Positions 49,931 through 62,536 of a stretch of 64,000 bases of DNA are shown piece after piece (within the stretch, counting starts at the first letter, position 1; every line of letters begins with the position of its first letter). A program made the position numbers and the translations under genes. The DNA is from Mobula hypostoma. Its lineage: Eukaryota. The DNA lies in the NCBI RefSeq assembly GCF_963921235.1, contig NC_086097.1, forward strand, positions 40,612,001 to 40,676,000, read 5' to 3'. The notes under the pieces are model-generated. The model was not told the DNA's origin and did no database searches. It worked only from the letters and a program-made list of their open reading frames with translations.

Positions 49931-52900
49931 GTTAATTGATAGACAGGAAGAGATAGATGTACAGAATGAGAATAGCAATTACTGTACTATAACCCTGATT
50001 TTCCTTCATGATAAACTTTTCATAGAAATTGAATCACATTGGACTGGAAAGTGGCATTACACGATTTAACTTCTGGGCAACTTTTTGAATAAATTACTTT
50101 GCTCTCAAGTTCACTGGTTGCTGTGTGTCACCTCCGACCTCTTGACTGACTGAATTGTGGACAGAAGGTACTCTGCTTGCATTAGAACATGTCCACTTAA
50201 TAGGTTATCAGTTGAGTAACCAGGCAGCATATTTGAGAGAGGCCTCCACATTCACTCTGTGGTGCTGAAGCACCTGATCTCATCTGGACTAATGGTGCCA
50301 ATATTGCTATTAGGATCAGCACCTCTTGAATTAATTACCATGGAGTACAAGCTGAAATTGGGTTTGGGCTCTGATAAGTAATTGACATACATTATTGAAG
50401 CTATTATATTGATGGCCTTTTGGACAAAAGTGCCCCAATTGCTTTAAAGTTACCCACAATTTTGTGTGATATTGTGCATCGGTAACAAATGGCAAAGCTG
50501 CTGTCCTCAAATGTTTAAGAAGTGTTTGCTTAATCTGCAGTTTGAAATACAATTGAGAATGGCTGTTTATTATAATTATCCTTTGTAGCAGTGGCTGTCA
50601 GCATGGTGGTAAGTTAATGAAACCATTACCTCATTATATTCTTTAAATTTGAATTCCTTAATCTTGGTAAACCCTAATTCACTACTCTTTATAAACCACT
50701 ATGTGCAAGTATGGTAAATTTTGACAGTTTTGGATGTCTTCAGCGTTTTGCATGTAGTATTGAGTAAATTGCTAAAAATTAGAAACAGAAGGTATTCTAT
50801 GTAATAGGTTCTTGGTTTCATTACTATGAACACAGTACAGGTGGCAAATGAGGATTGATCAGGAGAGGTCTCTGATGGTGTGCTCTTTAATTGAGAGTGA
50901 TGTAATGGAAACTTGATGAAATAAAATGTGCCCCAAACACACAAGGAAGGTGTGTAATGAAAGGAAAGGATTTTAACTCATCCACCTGAACTGGTTCAGA
51001 AAGGAAAATGTGCACAGATATTCTTCATAGAGATTCAGATTTCAAACAGAACCATCTCTTCATTTTATCATCAGCCAAATCTCTTGATTTTATTTAAAGT
51101 ATAATAAAGAAACGAGAGTTTGACTGAAACCATGGTACATGAGTACCATTGTTATTCGTGGCAATAAATGACTGCTGAAGAGAAAATGCAGCAGGATCCA
51201 GAAATGACTGTAAATATTTATTTGAATGCTTGACTAAGAAACATGATCAAATTGTGATTTTTTTTTTAAAAAGTCAGAATATAAGAAAAAAGGTGCTGAT
51301 TGCTTGCTGGAAGGCCATTTTACAGCATCGTCCATATCTTCTTATTCCCTAAATATTTCAATCTATTGATCTCTTTTTCTAATGAACATGTTGAGCCTCT
51401 ACAGCCCTCAAGGTGGAAATTTCAAAGATACACTATCATCTGAGTCAAAGTGTTTCTTTATCCAATCCTAAATAGTCTATTACTTTATCTGAGACTTGAC
51501 CCTGCTTCTAGACTTAAGGTAGGAGATACATCCCCCATGCATCCAGCCTGTAAGATGTCACAGAAATCTACAGGAATGTATATGTAGGCAGATTATGAAC
51601 AGAGTAGTTGTAGCCGCTGACTTTAATTTCCCAATAATGACTAGGATCCTTGTCTTCCAGACCAACATACAGAAATCAACAAAGATAGGGAGCAAGATCC
51701 CTGCCACGATTATTCTAAACACTAGTGCTTCACATGACGGAGCCCTCAGCTCAATACTCTATGTGTGACAATACTGTAATAAACTAATTCTAATTCTAGA
51801 ACTCCCTAGCATCAAAGACGTGGATGGGGTAGAAATTGTCATATTCGTCTCTGGGGATCTGACCAAGGAATTGACTATACTAGACCTTTTATGGGGAAAT
51901 AAGCTTGATGTCTCAGTGGGAGAGCATTTTGGGAGCCGTGATAATAACTCCTTAAGTTTTCACATAATTATGGAAAAGGATAAGACTCGCCTCCAGCTGG
52001 GGGTAAGGAAGGGTGGAAGCATTGAGTGCACAATTAAATAAAGGCCAGTTACTAGAGTATTAGGCAGGAACTGTGGAGAATAAACTGGGAGCAGCTGCTA
52101 CTGGGTAAATCACTGTCTGATTTGGTTAAAGGCTCATTGGTCAGAATTTTGTGTTGTTTCATGTAGCACTAGGGTCCTGCAGGAACATTGTTTCGTTTTT
52201 ACTGTGTACTGTACCAGCAGCTTATGGTCGAAATGACAATAGGCTTGACTTGAGTTGAATTAAGTACTAACTTATTCCTGTGAGGGATCAAAGATGATAA
52301 TGGCAAGGTTTCGTTAAACTGGATGACATGGGGTTGCAGGTTTAAATAAAAAGAAAGGTTTAGGAAGTTAAAGTTGGACAAGCCCTTTCTGAAATGTAAA
52401 GGAAGCAGGAGGGCTAAAAGAGACTATAAAATGTCTTTGGTGAGTCAGGTTAGAGAGAACTCCAAGGTAAATTAAAAATGAGGGTAATCAGGAGATCAGT
52501 CTGGAGGGTAAAGGAGGGAACTTGTACCTGGGCAGCACACACACAAAATGCTGGAGAAACTCAGCACATCATAGAAACATAGAAAACCTACAGCACAATA
52601 CAGGCCCCTCGGCCCACAAAGTTGTGCCGAACATGTCCCTACCTTAGAAATTACTGGGGTTACTCATAGCCCTTTATTTTTCTAAGCTCCATGTACATAT
52701 CCAAAAGTCTCTTAAAAGAATTTTATTCTAAACTTTATAGTTCTGATCTTCGTAAAGATAGTACTGTAATGGATAATTTTTTAGACCAAATAAATATCCC
52801 TACGCTTGCTGTTGATACCCGAAAACAGTTGGACCAATGTATTTCTCACGTAGAAATTGCCGAGGCTGTACGTTCACTGCATTCAGGGAAAGCTCCAGGT

Positions 52901-54330
52901 CCTGACGGATTTTCTGGAGAATTTTATAAGGCTTTTTCTTCTTTGCTTATACCTCATTTATGTTCAGTTTTTCCAGATTCTTTTAAGTCAGGTAGGTTGC
53001 CACAATCTTTTACCGAAGCTTCTATTTCGCTTATCCTCTTTTAAAAAAAAATAGAATCCAACTGAATGTTCTTCATATAGACCAATTTCCTTACCTAATG
53101 TTGATGCTAAAATTCTATCTAAAATTCTGGCCCGTAGGATGGAAAATATCTTATCATCTATCATTTCTGACGATCAGACTGGTTTTATTAAAAATCGATA
53201 TTCTCATTTTAATATTCGTGGATTATTAAATGTTATTTGTTCTCCTTCTAAGGAGATATTGGAGTGTGTGATATCCTTAGATGCTGAGAAGGCTTTTGAT
53301 TGGGTTGAATGTCATTATTTATATAAAATCTTAGAAAAATTTAATTTTGGGTCCAACTTTATTCAATGGATTAAATTACTGTAATTATCTCCTTTTGCTT
53401 GGGTTCTTACTAATTCTCAGAATTAAGTTTAAATCATTTAAACTTAAACATGGAACCAGACAAGGTTGCCCTTTGAGTCCTTTGCTTTTTGACCTGGCTT
53501 TAGAACCTTTAGCTGTTGCTTTTTGAGAATCTAACGATATCACTGGTATTTTACAGAAGTTTCACTTTATGCGGATGATTTATTGCTTTGCGTTTCTAAT
53601 GTCGAAACTTCGTTACCTTCTGTGCTTTCTTTACTCTCTTTTAGTCAGTTTTCTGGATATAAACTGAACCTACACAAGAGTGAACGTTTTCCTTTGAATA
53701 ATTTGCCAGTAAATGCTATTAACCTTTCTTTTAAAATTGTCAGAAACCAATTCACTTATTTGGGGGAAACAATTACTAAGAATTATAAATACCTATTTAA
53801 AGAAAATTTTCTTACTTTATTAAATTATATAAAAAGAACATTATCAAATTGGTCCCCCTTTCATATGGAAAAATGAATGTCCTCAATTGAATAATGTCCA
53901 TCTCCAAAAAGTTAAAAAGAATGGAGGTTTAGCTTTACCAAATTTTAGGTTTTATTACTGGGCAGCTAATACACGGAATCTCACGTTTGGTTATACTATA
54001 TTAATCATGAGGATTGTCCCAGGTGGGTTTCTTTAGAAGTTAACTCGGTTAATAAAGTTTCTATTATTTCTCTCTAGGGATCTTCACTTCCTTTATCCTT
54101 AAGTAAGATAACTGAAAATGTGGTAGTCAAACATACTTTGTGAATTTGGATACAATTTAGAAAACTCTTTGGTTTATTGCGATTCTCCCTTTCTAGTCCC
54201 ATTTTTAAAATTATTTTTTAAGCCTTCTATGACTGATGTTTTTAAACAATGGGAAAGATTAGGCATTACATGTTTCTGGGATCTGTTTGTTGGATGAAGT
54301 CTTTCCTCGTTCAAACAATTGTCAACTAAA

Positions 54331-55247
54331 CCCACCACTAAGCACATCTTCCCCCCCCCCTGCATTCCGCAGGGATCGCTCCCTACACAACTCCCTTGTC
54401 CATTCGTCCCCCCCATCCCTCCCCACTGATCTCCCTCCTGGCACTTATCCGTGTAAGCGGAACAAGTGCTACACATGCCCTTACACTTCCTCCCTTACCA
54501 CCATTCAGGGCCCCAAACAGTCCTTCCAGGTGAGGCATCACTTCACCTGTGAGTCGACTGGGGTGATATACTGCGTCCGGTGCTCCCGATGTGGCCTTTT
54601 ATATATTGGTGAGACCCAACACAGACTGGGAGACCGCTTTGCTGAACATCTACGCTCTGTCCGCCAGAGAAAGCAGGATCTCCCAGTGGCCACACATTTT
54701 AATTCCACATCCCATTCCCATTCTGACATGTCTATCCACGGCCTCCTCTACTGTAAAGATGAAGCCACACTCAGGTTGGAGGAACAACATCTTATATTCC
54801 GTCTGGGTAGCCTCCAACCTGATGGCATGAACATTGACTTCTCTAACTTCCGCTAGGCCCCACCTCCCCCTCGTACCCCAGCTGTTACTCATTTTTATGC
54901 ACACATTCTTTCTCTCACTCTCCTTTTTCTCCCTCTGTCCCTCTGAATATACCTCTTGCCCATCCTCTGGGTCACCCCCCCCGTCTTTCTTCCCGGACCT
55001 CCTGTCCCATGATCCTCTCGTATCCCCTTTTGCCTATCACCTGTCCAGTTCTTGGCTCCATCCCTCCCCCTCCTGTCTTCTCCTATCATTTTGCATCTCC
55101 CCCTCCCCCTCCAGCTTTCAAATCCCTTACTCACTCTTCCTTCAGTTAGTCCTGACGAAGGGTCTCGGCCTGAAACGTCGACTGTACCTCTTCCTATAGA
55201 TGCTGCCTGGCCTGCTGCGTTCACCAGCAACTTTGATGTGTGTTGTT
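54331..55247 (+). mobile_element. Young 5'-truncated Penelope-like element (Neptune-type) with an open GIY-YIG endonuclease frame ending at 54856
   Basis: PCKRNKCYTC zinc-finger linker, GVIYC..CxxC..YIGET..R..EH, and PDGMN terminus. Pyrimidine-rich UTR and terminal repeat. 14-bp TSD aattgtcaactaaa (54317-54330) / aattgtcaagtaaa (55248-55261). Confidence 0.95.
55147..55184 (+). ncRNA. Minimal type-I hammerhead ribozyme motif
   Basis: Stem I TAGTC/GACTG, core CTGACGA (55152-55158), stem II hairpin (55159-55171), GAAAC (55172-55176) and GTC cleavage triplet (55177-55179). Stem III is reduced to the palindrome ACGT. Confidence 0.85.
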
Positions 55248-56490
55248 AATTGTCAAGTAAATATAGTTTACCAAAAACCCATTTTTTTCGGTACTTACAA
55301 ATTAGAGATTTTCTGCGATCTCAATTATATACATTTCCTAATAGTCCTGATAAGAATGTATTAGATGAGATTCTTAATATGAAATCATTTTATAATGGTT
55401 CAATATCCAATATTTATGATATATTGTTGAGAATGAGAAATAATTCTTTAGACAAAATCAAAAATCTTTGGGAACAAGATTTACAGACCTCAATCTCTGA
55501 AGAAACTTGGAATGAGATTTTTAAATTGGTTAATACTTCATTGTTATGTGCTCTTCATTCCCTCCTACAATTTAAAGTGGTTCATAGGGCTTATATGACC
55601 ATAAGTTATCTGGTTTTTATAGGGATATATCTCCCTACTGTGATAGGTGTAACAATGGAGAAGCTTCATTTATTCATATGTTTTGGACATGCCCAAGTCT
55701 TCGAAAATATTGGAAGGAAGTATTCCAAACTTTTTCTGTTCTCTTTAAAGTAAATTTTAAGCCTAATCCTTTGACTGCCCTATTTGGTATTGTTGGAACG
55801 GAACATATCATTTTGAAGACATCTGATCTGCACCTTCTGGGTTTTATCTCTCTTATGGCTAGGAGAGCGCTTTTGTTTAAATGGAAGGATGCTGTCCTGC
55901 CTAATCATGCTGTGTGGTTATGGGATGTTATGGCATGCCTAAATTTAGAAAAGATTGGTTGTTCAATTTCTGAATCTAACCAAGATTTTCAAAATTTGTT
56001 GGGGTTGTTTTAAAATTATTTTCATGATCTTTGACTTCTTGTTAAAGTACAGAAGTTGGTTAATAGCATATTATATTATCTGATAAGTTTTTTCTTCTTT
56101 TTTCCCCAAACAGCTTTGACTTTGATAGTGGGTGTAGATCTCTTTTTTAAATAAAATTGTTTATATTCTAATACATGAATTAATCTAATCTATATGAATA
56201 TAGAGTAAGGAGTTTGTTAATGTGATTCAATATACTGTATCTGGTATTATATTTTTTCTTTTGTTTTAATTCTGTATTCTCTTGGATTCTGTATTCTTCC
56301 ATATAGAAATCAATAAAAAAAAATTGGAAAAGAAAAAATAAAGATCCTATTTTATCCACCTCCACCATTGTTGCTGGCAGCCCAGTCAATCCACTCACCA
56401 CTCTCTGTGTAAATAAATAAATAAACATTGAAAAACTTACCCCTGACATCTACTCTGTACCTACTCCCAAGCACCTTAAACCTGTGCCCT

Positions 56491-57329
56491 TTTCGGATGA
56501 CTCTGCCATAGTTGGATGCATCAGCAAGGGAGATGAGGCTGAGTACAGGGCTACAGTAGGAAACTTTGTCACATGGTGTGAGCAGAATTATCTGCAGCTT
56601 AATGTGAAAAAGACTAAGGAGCTGGTGCTAGACCTGAGGAGAGCTAAGGTACCGGTGACCCCTGTTTCCATCCAGGAGGTCAGTGTGGACATGGTGGAGG
56701 ATTACAAATACCTGGGGATACGAATTGACAATAAACTGGACTGGTCAAAGAACACTGAGGCTGTCTACAAGAAGGGTCAGAGCCGTCTCTATTTCCTGAG
56801 GAGACTGAGGTCCTTTAACATCTGCTGGACGACGCTGAGGATATTCTACGAGTCTGTGGTGGCCAGTGCTATTATGTTTGCTGATGTGTGCTGGGGCAGC
56901 AGGCTGAGGGTAGCAGACACCAACAGGATCAACAAACTCATTCGTAAGCCCAGTGATGTTGTGGGGATGGAACTGGACTCTCTCACGGTGGTGTCTGAAA
57001 AGAGAATGCTGTCCAAGTTGCATGCCATCTACATAATGTACTGGTTGGGCACAGGAGTACATTCAGCCAGAAACTCATTCCACCAAGATGCAACACGGAG
57101 CGTCATAGGAAGTCATTCCTGCCAGTGGCCATTAAACTTTAGAACTCATCCCTTGGAGGGTCAGACACCCTGAGCCAATACACTGGTCCTGGACTTATTT
57201 CATAATTTACTGGCATAATTTACATATTACTATTTAACTATTTATGGTTCTATTACTATTTATTATTTATGGTGCAACTGTAACGAAAACCAATTTCCCC
57301 CGGGATCAATAAAGTATGACTATGACTAT
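56491..57329 (+). mobile_element. Rex1/Babar LINE 3' fragment (distinct subfamily)
   Basis: ORF 56484-57173 has FSDDSAIVG, LNVKKTKELVLD, YKYLG and RLYFLRRLRSF. AATAAA then a (TGACTA)n tail. Confidence 0.92.
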
Positions 57330-57450
57330 TTGTGGCAATCATTTCAGCCCTGGGAAAAAGCCTCTGACTAATCACACGATCAATGCCTCTCATCATCTTA
57401 TACACCCCTATCAGGTCACCTCTCATCCTCTGCCGTTCCAAGGAGAAAAG

Positions 57451-57694
57451 AAAAGTACTTCAAGTAACGCCTATGGACATGAGTGAACAGTTGATGTTTC
57501 GGGGCAAAACCCTTCATCAGGGGATGATGAAGCTACATCCTTCTTTCATTCGATTCCTGATAAAGGGTCTTGCCGTGAAAGGTTGACTGCCTATTCTTTT
57601 CCATAGATGTTGCCTGAACTGCTGAGTTCCTCTAGCATTTTGTGCGTGTTATCTCTAGATTTCCAACATTTGCAAAGTCTACTGGATTTCTAAT
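57451..57694. mobile_element. Inverted pair of PLE terminal repeats (the minus arm continues at 52533-52568)
   Basis: Minus-strand hammerhead relic at 57488-57524 and plus-strand relic at 57553-57589. Candidate TSD ttgtacctgg (52522-52531) / ttatgcctgg (57695-57704). Confidence 0.78.
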
Positions 57695-57732
57695 TTATGC
57701 CTGGAGCCAGAGGAATTAAGTAAGGTTCTAAA

Positions 57733-59905
57733 TAGAAACCATAGAAAAACTACAGCACAAAAACAGGCCTTTTGGCTCTTCTTGGCTGTGCCGAACCATT
57801 TTTTGCCTAGTCCCACTGATCTGCACACAGACCATATCCCTCCATACACCTCCCATCCATGTATCTGTCCAATTTATTCTTAAATGTTAAAAAAGAACCC
57901 GCATTTACCACCTTGTCTGGCAGCTCATTCCACACTCCCACCACTCTCTGTGTGAAGAAGCCCCCCCCCCAATGTTCCCTTTAAACTTTTCCCCCCTCAC
58001 CCTTAACCCAAGTCTGCTGGTTTTTTTCTCCCCTTGCCTCAGTGGAAAAAGCCTGCTTGCATTCACTCTATCTATACCCATCATAATTTTATATACCTTT
58101 ATCAAATCTCCCCTCATTCTTCTACGCTCCAGGGAATAAAGTCCTAACCTATTCAACCTTTCTCTGTAACTGAGTTTCTCAAGTCCCGGCAACATCCTTG
58201 TAAACCTCCTCTGCACTCTTTCAACCTTATCAATATCCTTCCTGTAATTTGGTGACCAAAGCTGAACACAATACTTGAGATTCAGCCTCACCAATGCCTT
58301 ATACAACCTCAGCATAACATTCCAGCTTTTATACTCAATAATTTGATTAATAAAGGCCAATGTATCAAAAGCTCTCTTTACGACCCTATCTACCTGTGAT
58401 GCCACTTTTAGGGAATTTTGTATCTGTATTCCCAGATCCCTCTGTTCCACTGCACTCCTCAGTGCCTTAACATTTACCCTGTATGTTCTACCTTGGTTTG
58501 TCCTTCCAACGTGCAATACCTCACACTTGTCTGTATTAAACTCCATCTGCCATTTCTCAGCCCATTTTTCCGGCTGGTCCAAATCCCTCTGCAAGTTTTG
58601 AAAACCTTCCTCACTGTCCACTACACCTCCAATCTTTGTATCATCAGCAAATTTGCTGATCCAATTTACCACATTATCATCCAGATCATTGATATAGATG
58701 ACAAATGGACCCAGCACTGATCCCTGTGGCACACCACTAGTCACAGGCCTCCACTCGGAGAAGCAATCCTCTACTACCACTCTTTGGCTTCTTCCATTGA
58801 GCCAATGTCTAATCCAATTTGCCACCTCTCCATGTATACCTAGCGACTGAATTTTCCTAACTAACCTTCCATGTGGGACCTTGTCAAAGGCCTTACTGAA
58901 GCCCATGGAGACAACATCCACTGCCTTCCCTTCATCCACTTTCCTGGTTATCTCCTCGAAAAATTCCAGTAGATTGGTCAAATCTGACCTACCACGCACA
59001 AAGCCATGTTGGCTCTCCCTAATAAGTCCCTGTCTATCCAAGTGCTTGTGGATTCTGTCTCTTAGTACTCTCTCCAATAACGTACCCACTATTGACGTCA
59101 AACTTACCGGCCTATAATTTCCTGGATTACTTTTCGATCCTTTTTTAAACAACAGAACAACATGATCCATTCTCCAATCCTCAAGCACCTCACCCATAGA
59201 CACCGACATTTTAACTATATCTGCCAGGGCCCCTGCAATTTCAACACTAGTCTCCTTCAAGGTCCGAGGGAATACCCTGTCAGGTCCTGGGGATTTATCC
59301 AATTTAATTTGCCTCGATAGCAAGCACCTCCTCCTTTTCAATCTGTATAGTTTCCATGATCTCACTACTTGTTTCCCTTAATTCTATCGACTTCATGCCA
59401 GTTTCCTTAGTAAATACAGATGCAAAAAACCCATTTAAGATCTCCCCCATTTCTTTTGGTTCTGCGCTTAGCTGACCACTCTGATCTTCAAGAGGACCAA
59501 TTTTATCCCTTACAATCCTTTTACTCTTAATATACCTGTAGAAGCTCTTTGGATTATCCTTCACTTTGACTGCCAAGGCAACCTCATGTCTTCTTTTAGC
59601 CCTCCTGATTTCCTTCTTAAGTATTTTCTTGCACTTTTTATACTCCTCGAGCACCTTATTTATTCCCTGTTTCCTATACATGTCATACAACTCTCTCTTC
59701 TTCTTTATCAGAGTTGCAATATCCCTTGAGAACCAAGGTTCCTTATTCCTATTCACTTTGCCTTTAATCCTGACAGGAACATACAAGCTCTGCACTCTCA
59801 AAATTTCTCCTTTGAAGGCTTCCCACTTACCGATCACATCCTTGCCAGAGAACAACCTGTCCCAATCCACGCTTTTTAGATCCTTTCTCATTTCTTCAAA
59901 TTTGT
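57733..59905 (-). mobile_element. CR1 LINE, 5'-truncated, with an uninterrupted RT frame
   Basis: ORF 57905-59365 (486 aa: [41 protein letters not shown]) overlaps ORF 59304-59909 across one frameshift. (TTTCTATGG)-type tail at the left end. Confidence 0.96.
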
Positions 59906-62536
59906 TCAAATAATCACATCACCTTGCTATTCACCAAAAAGGACAGGGAGAATCGTAGATCAGGGTGCAAATGCCATTATTGTAGGGCATGCTGCTATCA
60001 TGAATCAGATGATGTTGGGCCATTTGTAAGCATTAAGCTGCATAAGTCCCCAAGGCCTGGTGGAATCTATTTCAGGTTATTGATTAAGACTGGGGCTTTA
60101 AAAGAGAATTCGGTACCATCTTTGGTGTCGAGTGAGGTCCATCAAGGCTTGCAACTTAGCTAATTTTTCCCTTCTGTTTACGGGCATTAGAGATAAACCA
60201 GAAATTTACAGGCTAGTGGTAGAGAAGATCTGTAGAGATCAGCTCTACTTGCATCTGGAAGTAACATGGGGATATGGAGTATGGCTTTGCATGTGGTGAT
60301 GGTCATGACACACACACTTGACTGAGATTTAGAGGAGGTGCTGAAACTGATAGGGTAGTGAATGCTGTAAGGCCTTCAACAAAGTTTCTCGTGGTCGGCT
60401 GGTCAACAAGGTGTAGGCACGTGGGAGCCTCCAAGACTAGATAAATTGGGTTTTAAATTTGTTTGGTCGTAGAGGATCGAAGGTGGTGCTGGATTGGTAT
60501 TATTCTGACCAGAGGTTTGTGGCTGCTGGAGTTCCGCAAGGATCAGTGCTGGAAGCTCTGTATATTTGGATAAAAATGTAGGTGTGTTGAACTATAAGCT
60601 TGCAGATGACTCAAAAATTGGCAGAGTTGTAGATGGTAAGGAGGTTGTCAAAGGATTTAGCAGGATTTAGAGGTGAGATGCTGCACCTTGGGAAGCTAAA
60701 TATAGGAGGGAATTGCATGGTAAATGGAAGGAACTGTGGGAGTATTGATGCAGAGTGGGATCTTGAGGTGCGAGTATATAACTCCCTCAAAGTGACAACA
60801 CGAGTGGATCGACATGCTTGCCTTCATCATTCGGGGTGTTGAGTATATTAGGTTAGCTATCCCTTTTGTCTAAGCCACTTACCATTAGCCTTTTCTTGCC
60901 ACAGTTCTGTTTGCTCCCACTCAAGGAGTCTGCCTCAATCCCAGACTCTGAATTTACCTATGCACCTTGTACTACCGAAGCCCACCGTAAGGGGATAATG
61001 ACCATAAGGATCATTGCTGCTGTTGTGCAGCCAGCTACTTTTGGGTCTCGTGTGTATTTCCAGTCACCTGTATGTTGTAAGGTGCTGAGCTCAGATCCAA
61101 CCTCAAGGTTATCAAAGTGTATTTTGACCAAGTGAATCAAGGGCATTGGTAAGATAGAGCAAAATATTTTATCATTTAAAAAATCATGCCTAGACCACAC
61201 TTTAGAATCCCAGCTGCTAGTCAGCATGATTATTGGTACTCTTCCCATTCCATGTGCAAGAATAGTAGAAATGCAAATAACTGGCCTTGATTGTACTGTC
61301 TGTTTACAACTTTACTTGTCTAGCACACTTCCCCTTATAACTGTGACCTGGGACTAAGCCATCTCCTGGTGGCTAAGTAGTGGGGAGACCTGAGGAGTAG
61401 ATGAACCACTGTCTGTATTGATGGATTGGTACTTATAAACCAAATGTTATCGATGCCTTTGGAAGGAAAACAAAAACAGAGCTGGATAAATAATTTATGG
61501 GAAGCAATGTGTTCTCAGCAGTTAGCAGTAAATGAAAGCTGTTTATTCTGCCTGCTAGTTAAAATTGTAGTGGCATAAGGATTTCCCATGGTGTTGATCT
61601 AGGACTCAGCCATTGAGTTTGCTGAGAATGGAACTCATTTGCTGGTCTCCACCTGCACCGCTTCCCTTTAAAATCGTGTGAAGGTGCTAAAGGCTTTGGA
61701 TGTGGTATTGTTTTGTGAGGGGAGAAAAACTGACTCCATTTCTGACCACAGCGAAAAGTTACTGTGAAAAGATTGATGTGAATGCTAATAATATCTGTGA
61801 AAGTCTGGCTTTCACAATTATAGCAGAAATAAATTAAACATAAAGAATCCAGTAGCAAGAACCTTCTTGTGAGTATCCTTATTGTTTTCATGAACTGGAA
61901 TGTCACTGGTGTCATGACCAATGGTAGTAGAGTACAAATCAGAATTCTGTGCTGGGCTTCTCCACATCCAGTTTGCTTTGTTCCAGAGGCACCGAATCAT
62001 GAGGATAATCCTGCTTAGACTGAGAATGCCCTTAGGATACGTGTGAGGTCTCTATTCCGAGTGACTTCAATAACTTCATCTGGATAGCAGGGCTGGTGTT
62101 TGGAATGCAATGTGCTTCTGCCTTTTTTATAGGAACTGGCTGGTAAACATCACAATCCATCCATTTCTAATAAGAACGGATGGTTCTGTAGTTCGGTGGT
62201 AAGATCAGTGCTGTACTGCACACCTGTGGAATGTGTGATTGCCTTTAATAGAGTACACCATGGACCTTGCATCAACTTGGGGTGAGGGAAGCTTTTGGGT
62301 TCATGTCTTTCTTATTGTTTTTGTAGTCCCCTAGCAATCTTTTCTCAGTTAACCTGCAGCATGAGTTGAGCATTCTCATTTCATTGGTTTTGATGCTAAT
62401 ATGTCGACATTCGTGATTATTTTTAAGCACAGTGTAATTATTATTTTGGAAATGGAGGCAATTATTTGGAAGTGGCATTGAAATTTTCAGGATCTTAGGG
62501 GGTAAACATCATGAGTTTTTGGAGCTGCATCTTCTC

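Larger units (their letters stand above)
52720..56339 (+). mobile_element. L1-clade LINE ORF2, 5'-truncated and decayed
   Basis: [59 protein letters not shown] and a C-terminal CxxC..H.FWTC knuckle. AATAAA followed by an A-rich tail at 56312-56339. Confidence 0.93.
52569..57450 (-). mobile_element. CR1 3' fragment split into 52569-52719, 56340-56490 and 57330-57450
   Basis: Reverse complement of the 7700-8090 type 3' end, with a (TTTCTATG)n tail at 52570-52586. The segments rejoin across the L1 and Rex1 inserts. Confidence 0.9.
51560..60845 (+). mobile_element. Old decayed CR1 acting as host of the nested cluster (pieces about 51560-52531, 57695-57732 and 59906-60845)
   Basis: Endonuclease remnants (DFNFP, ILDLL, VGEHFGS.D.N), [17 protein letters not shown] and LADDSKIG occur in collinear order. 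Confidence 0.7.

Noticed and set aside
50265..50300. cacctgatctcatctg resembling 5S rRNA
   Set aside because: The match is too short and the rest of 5S, including the internal control region, is not visible.
60958..61067. Minus-strand exon-like segment (cag|...|gtaaat)
   Set aside because: All three frames contain a stop and the pyrimidine tract is poor.
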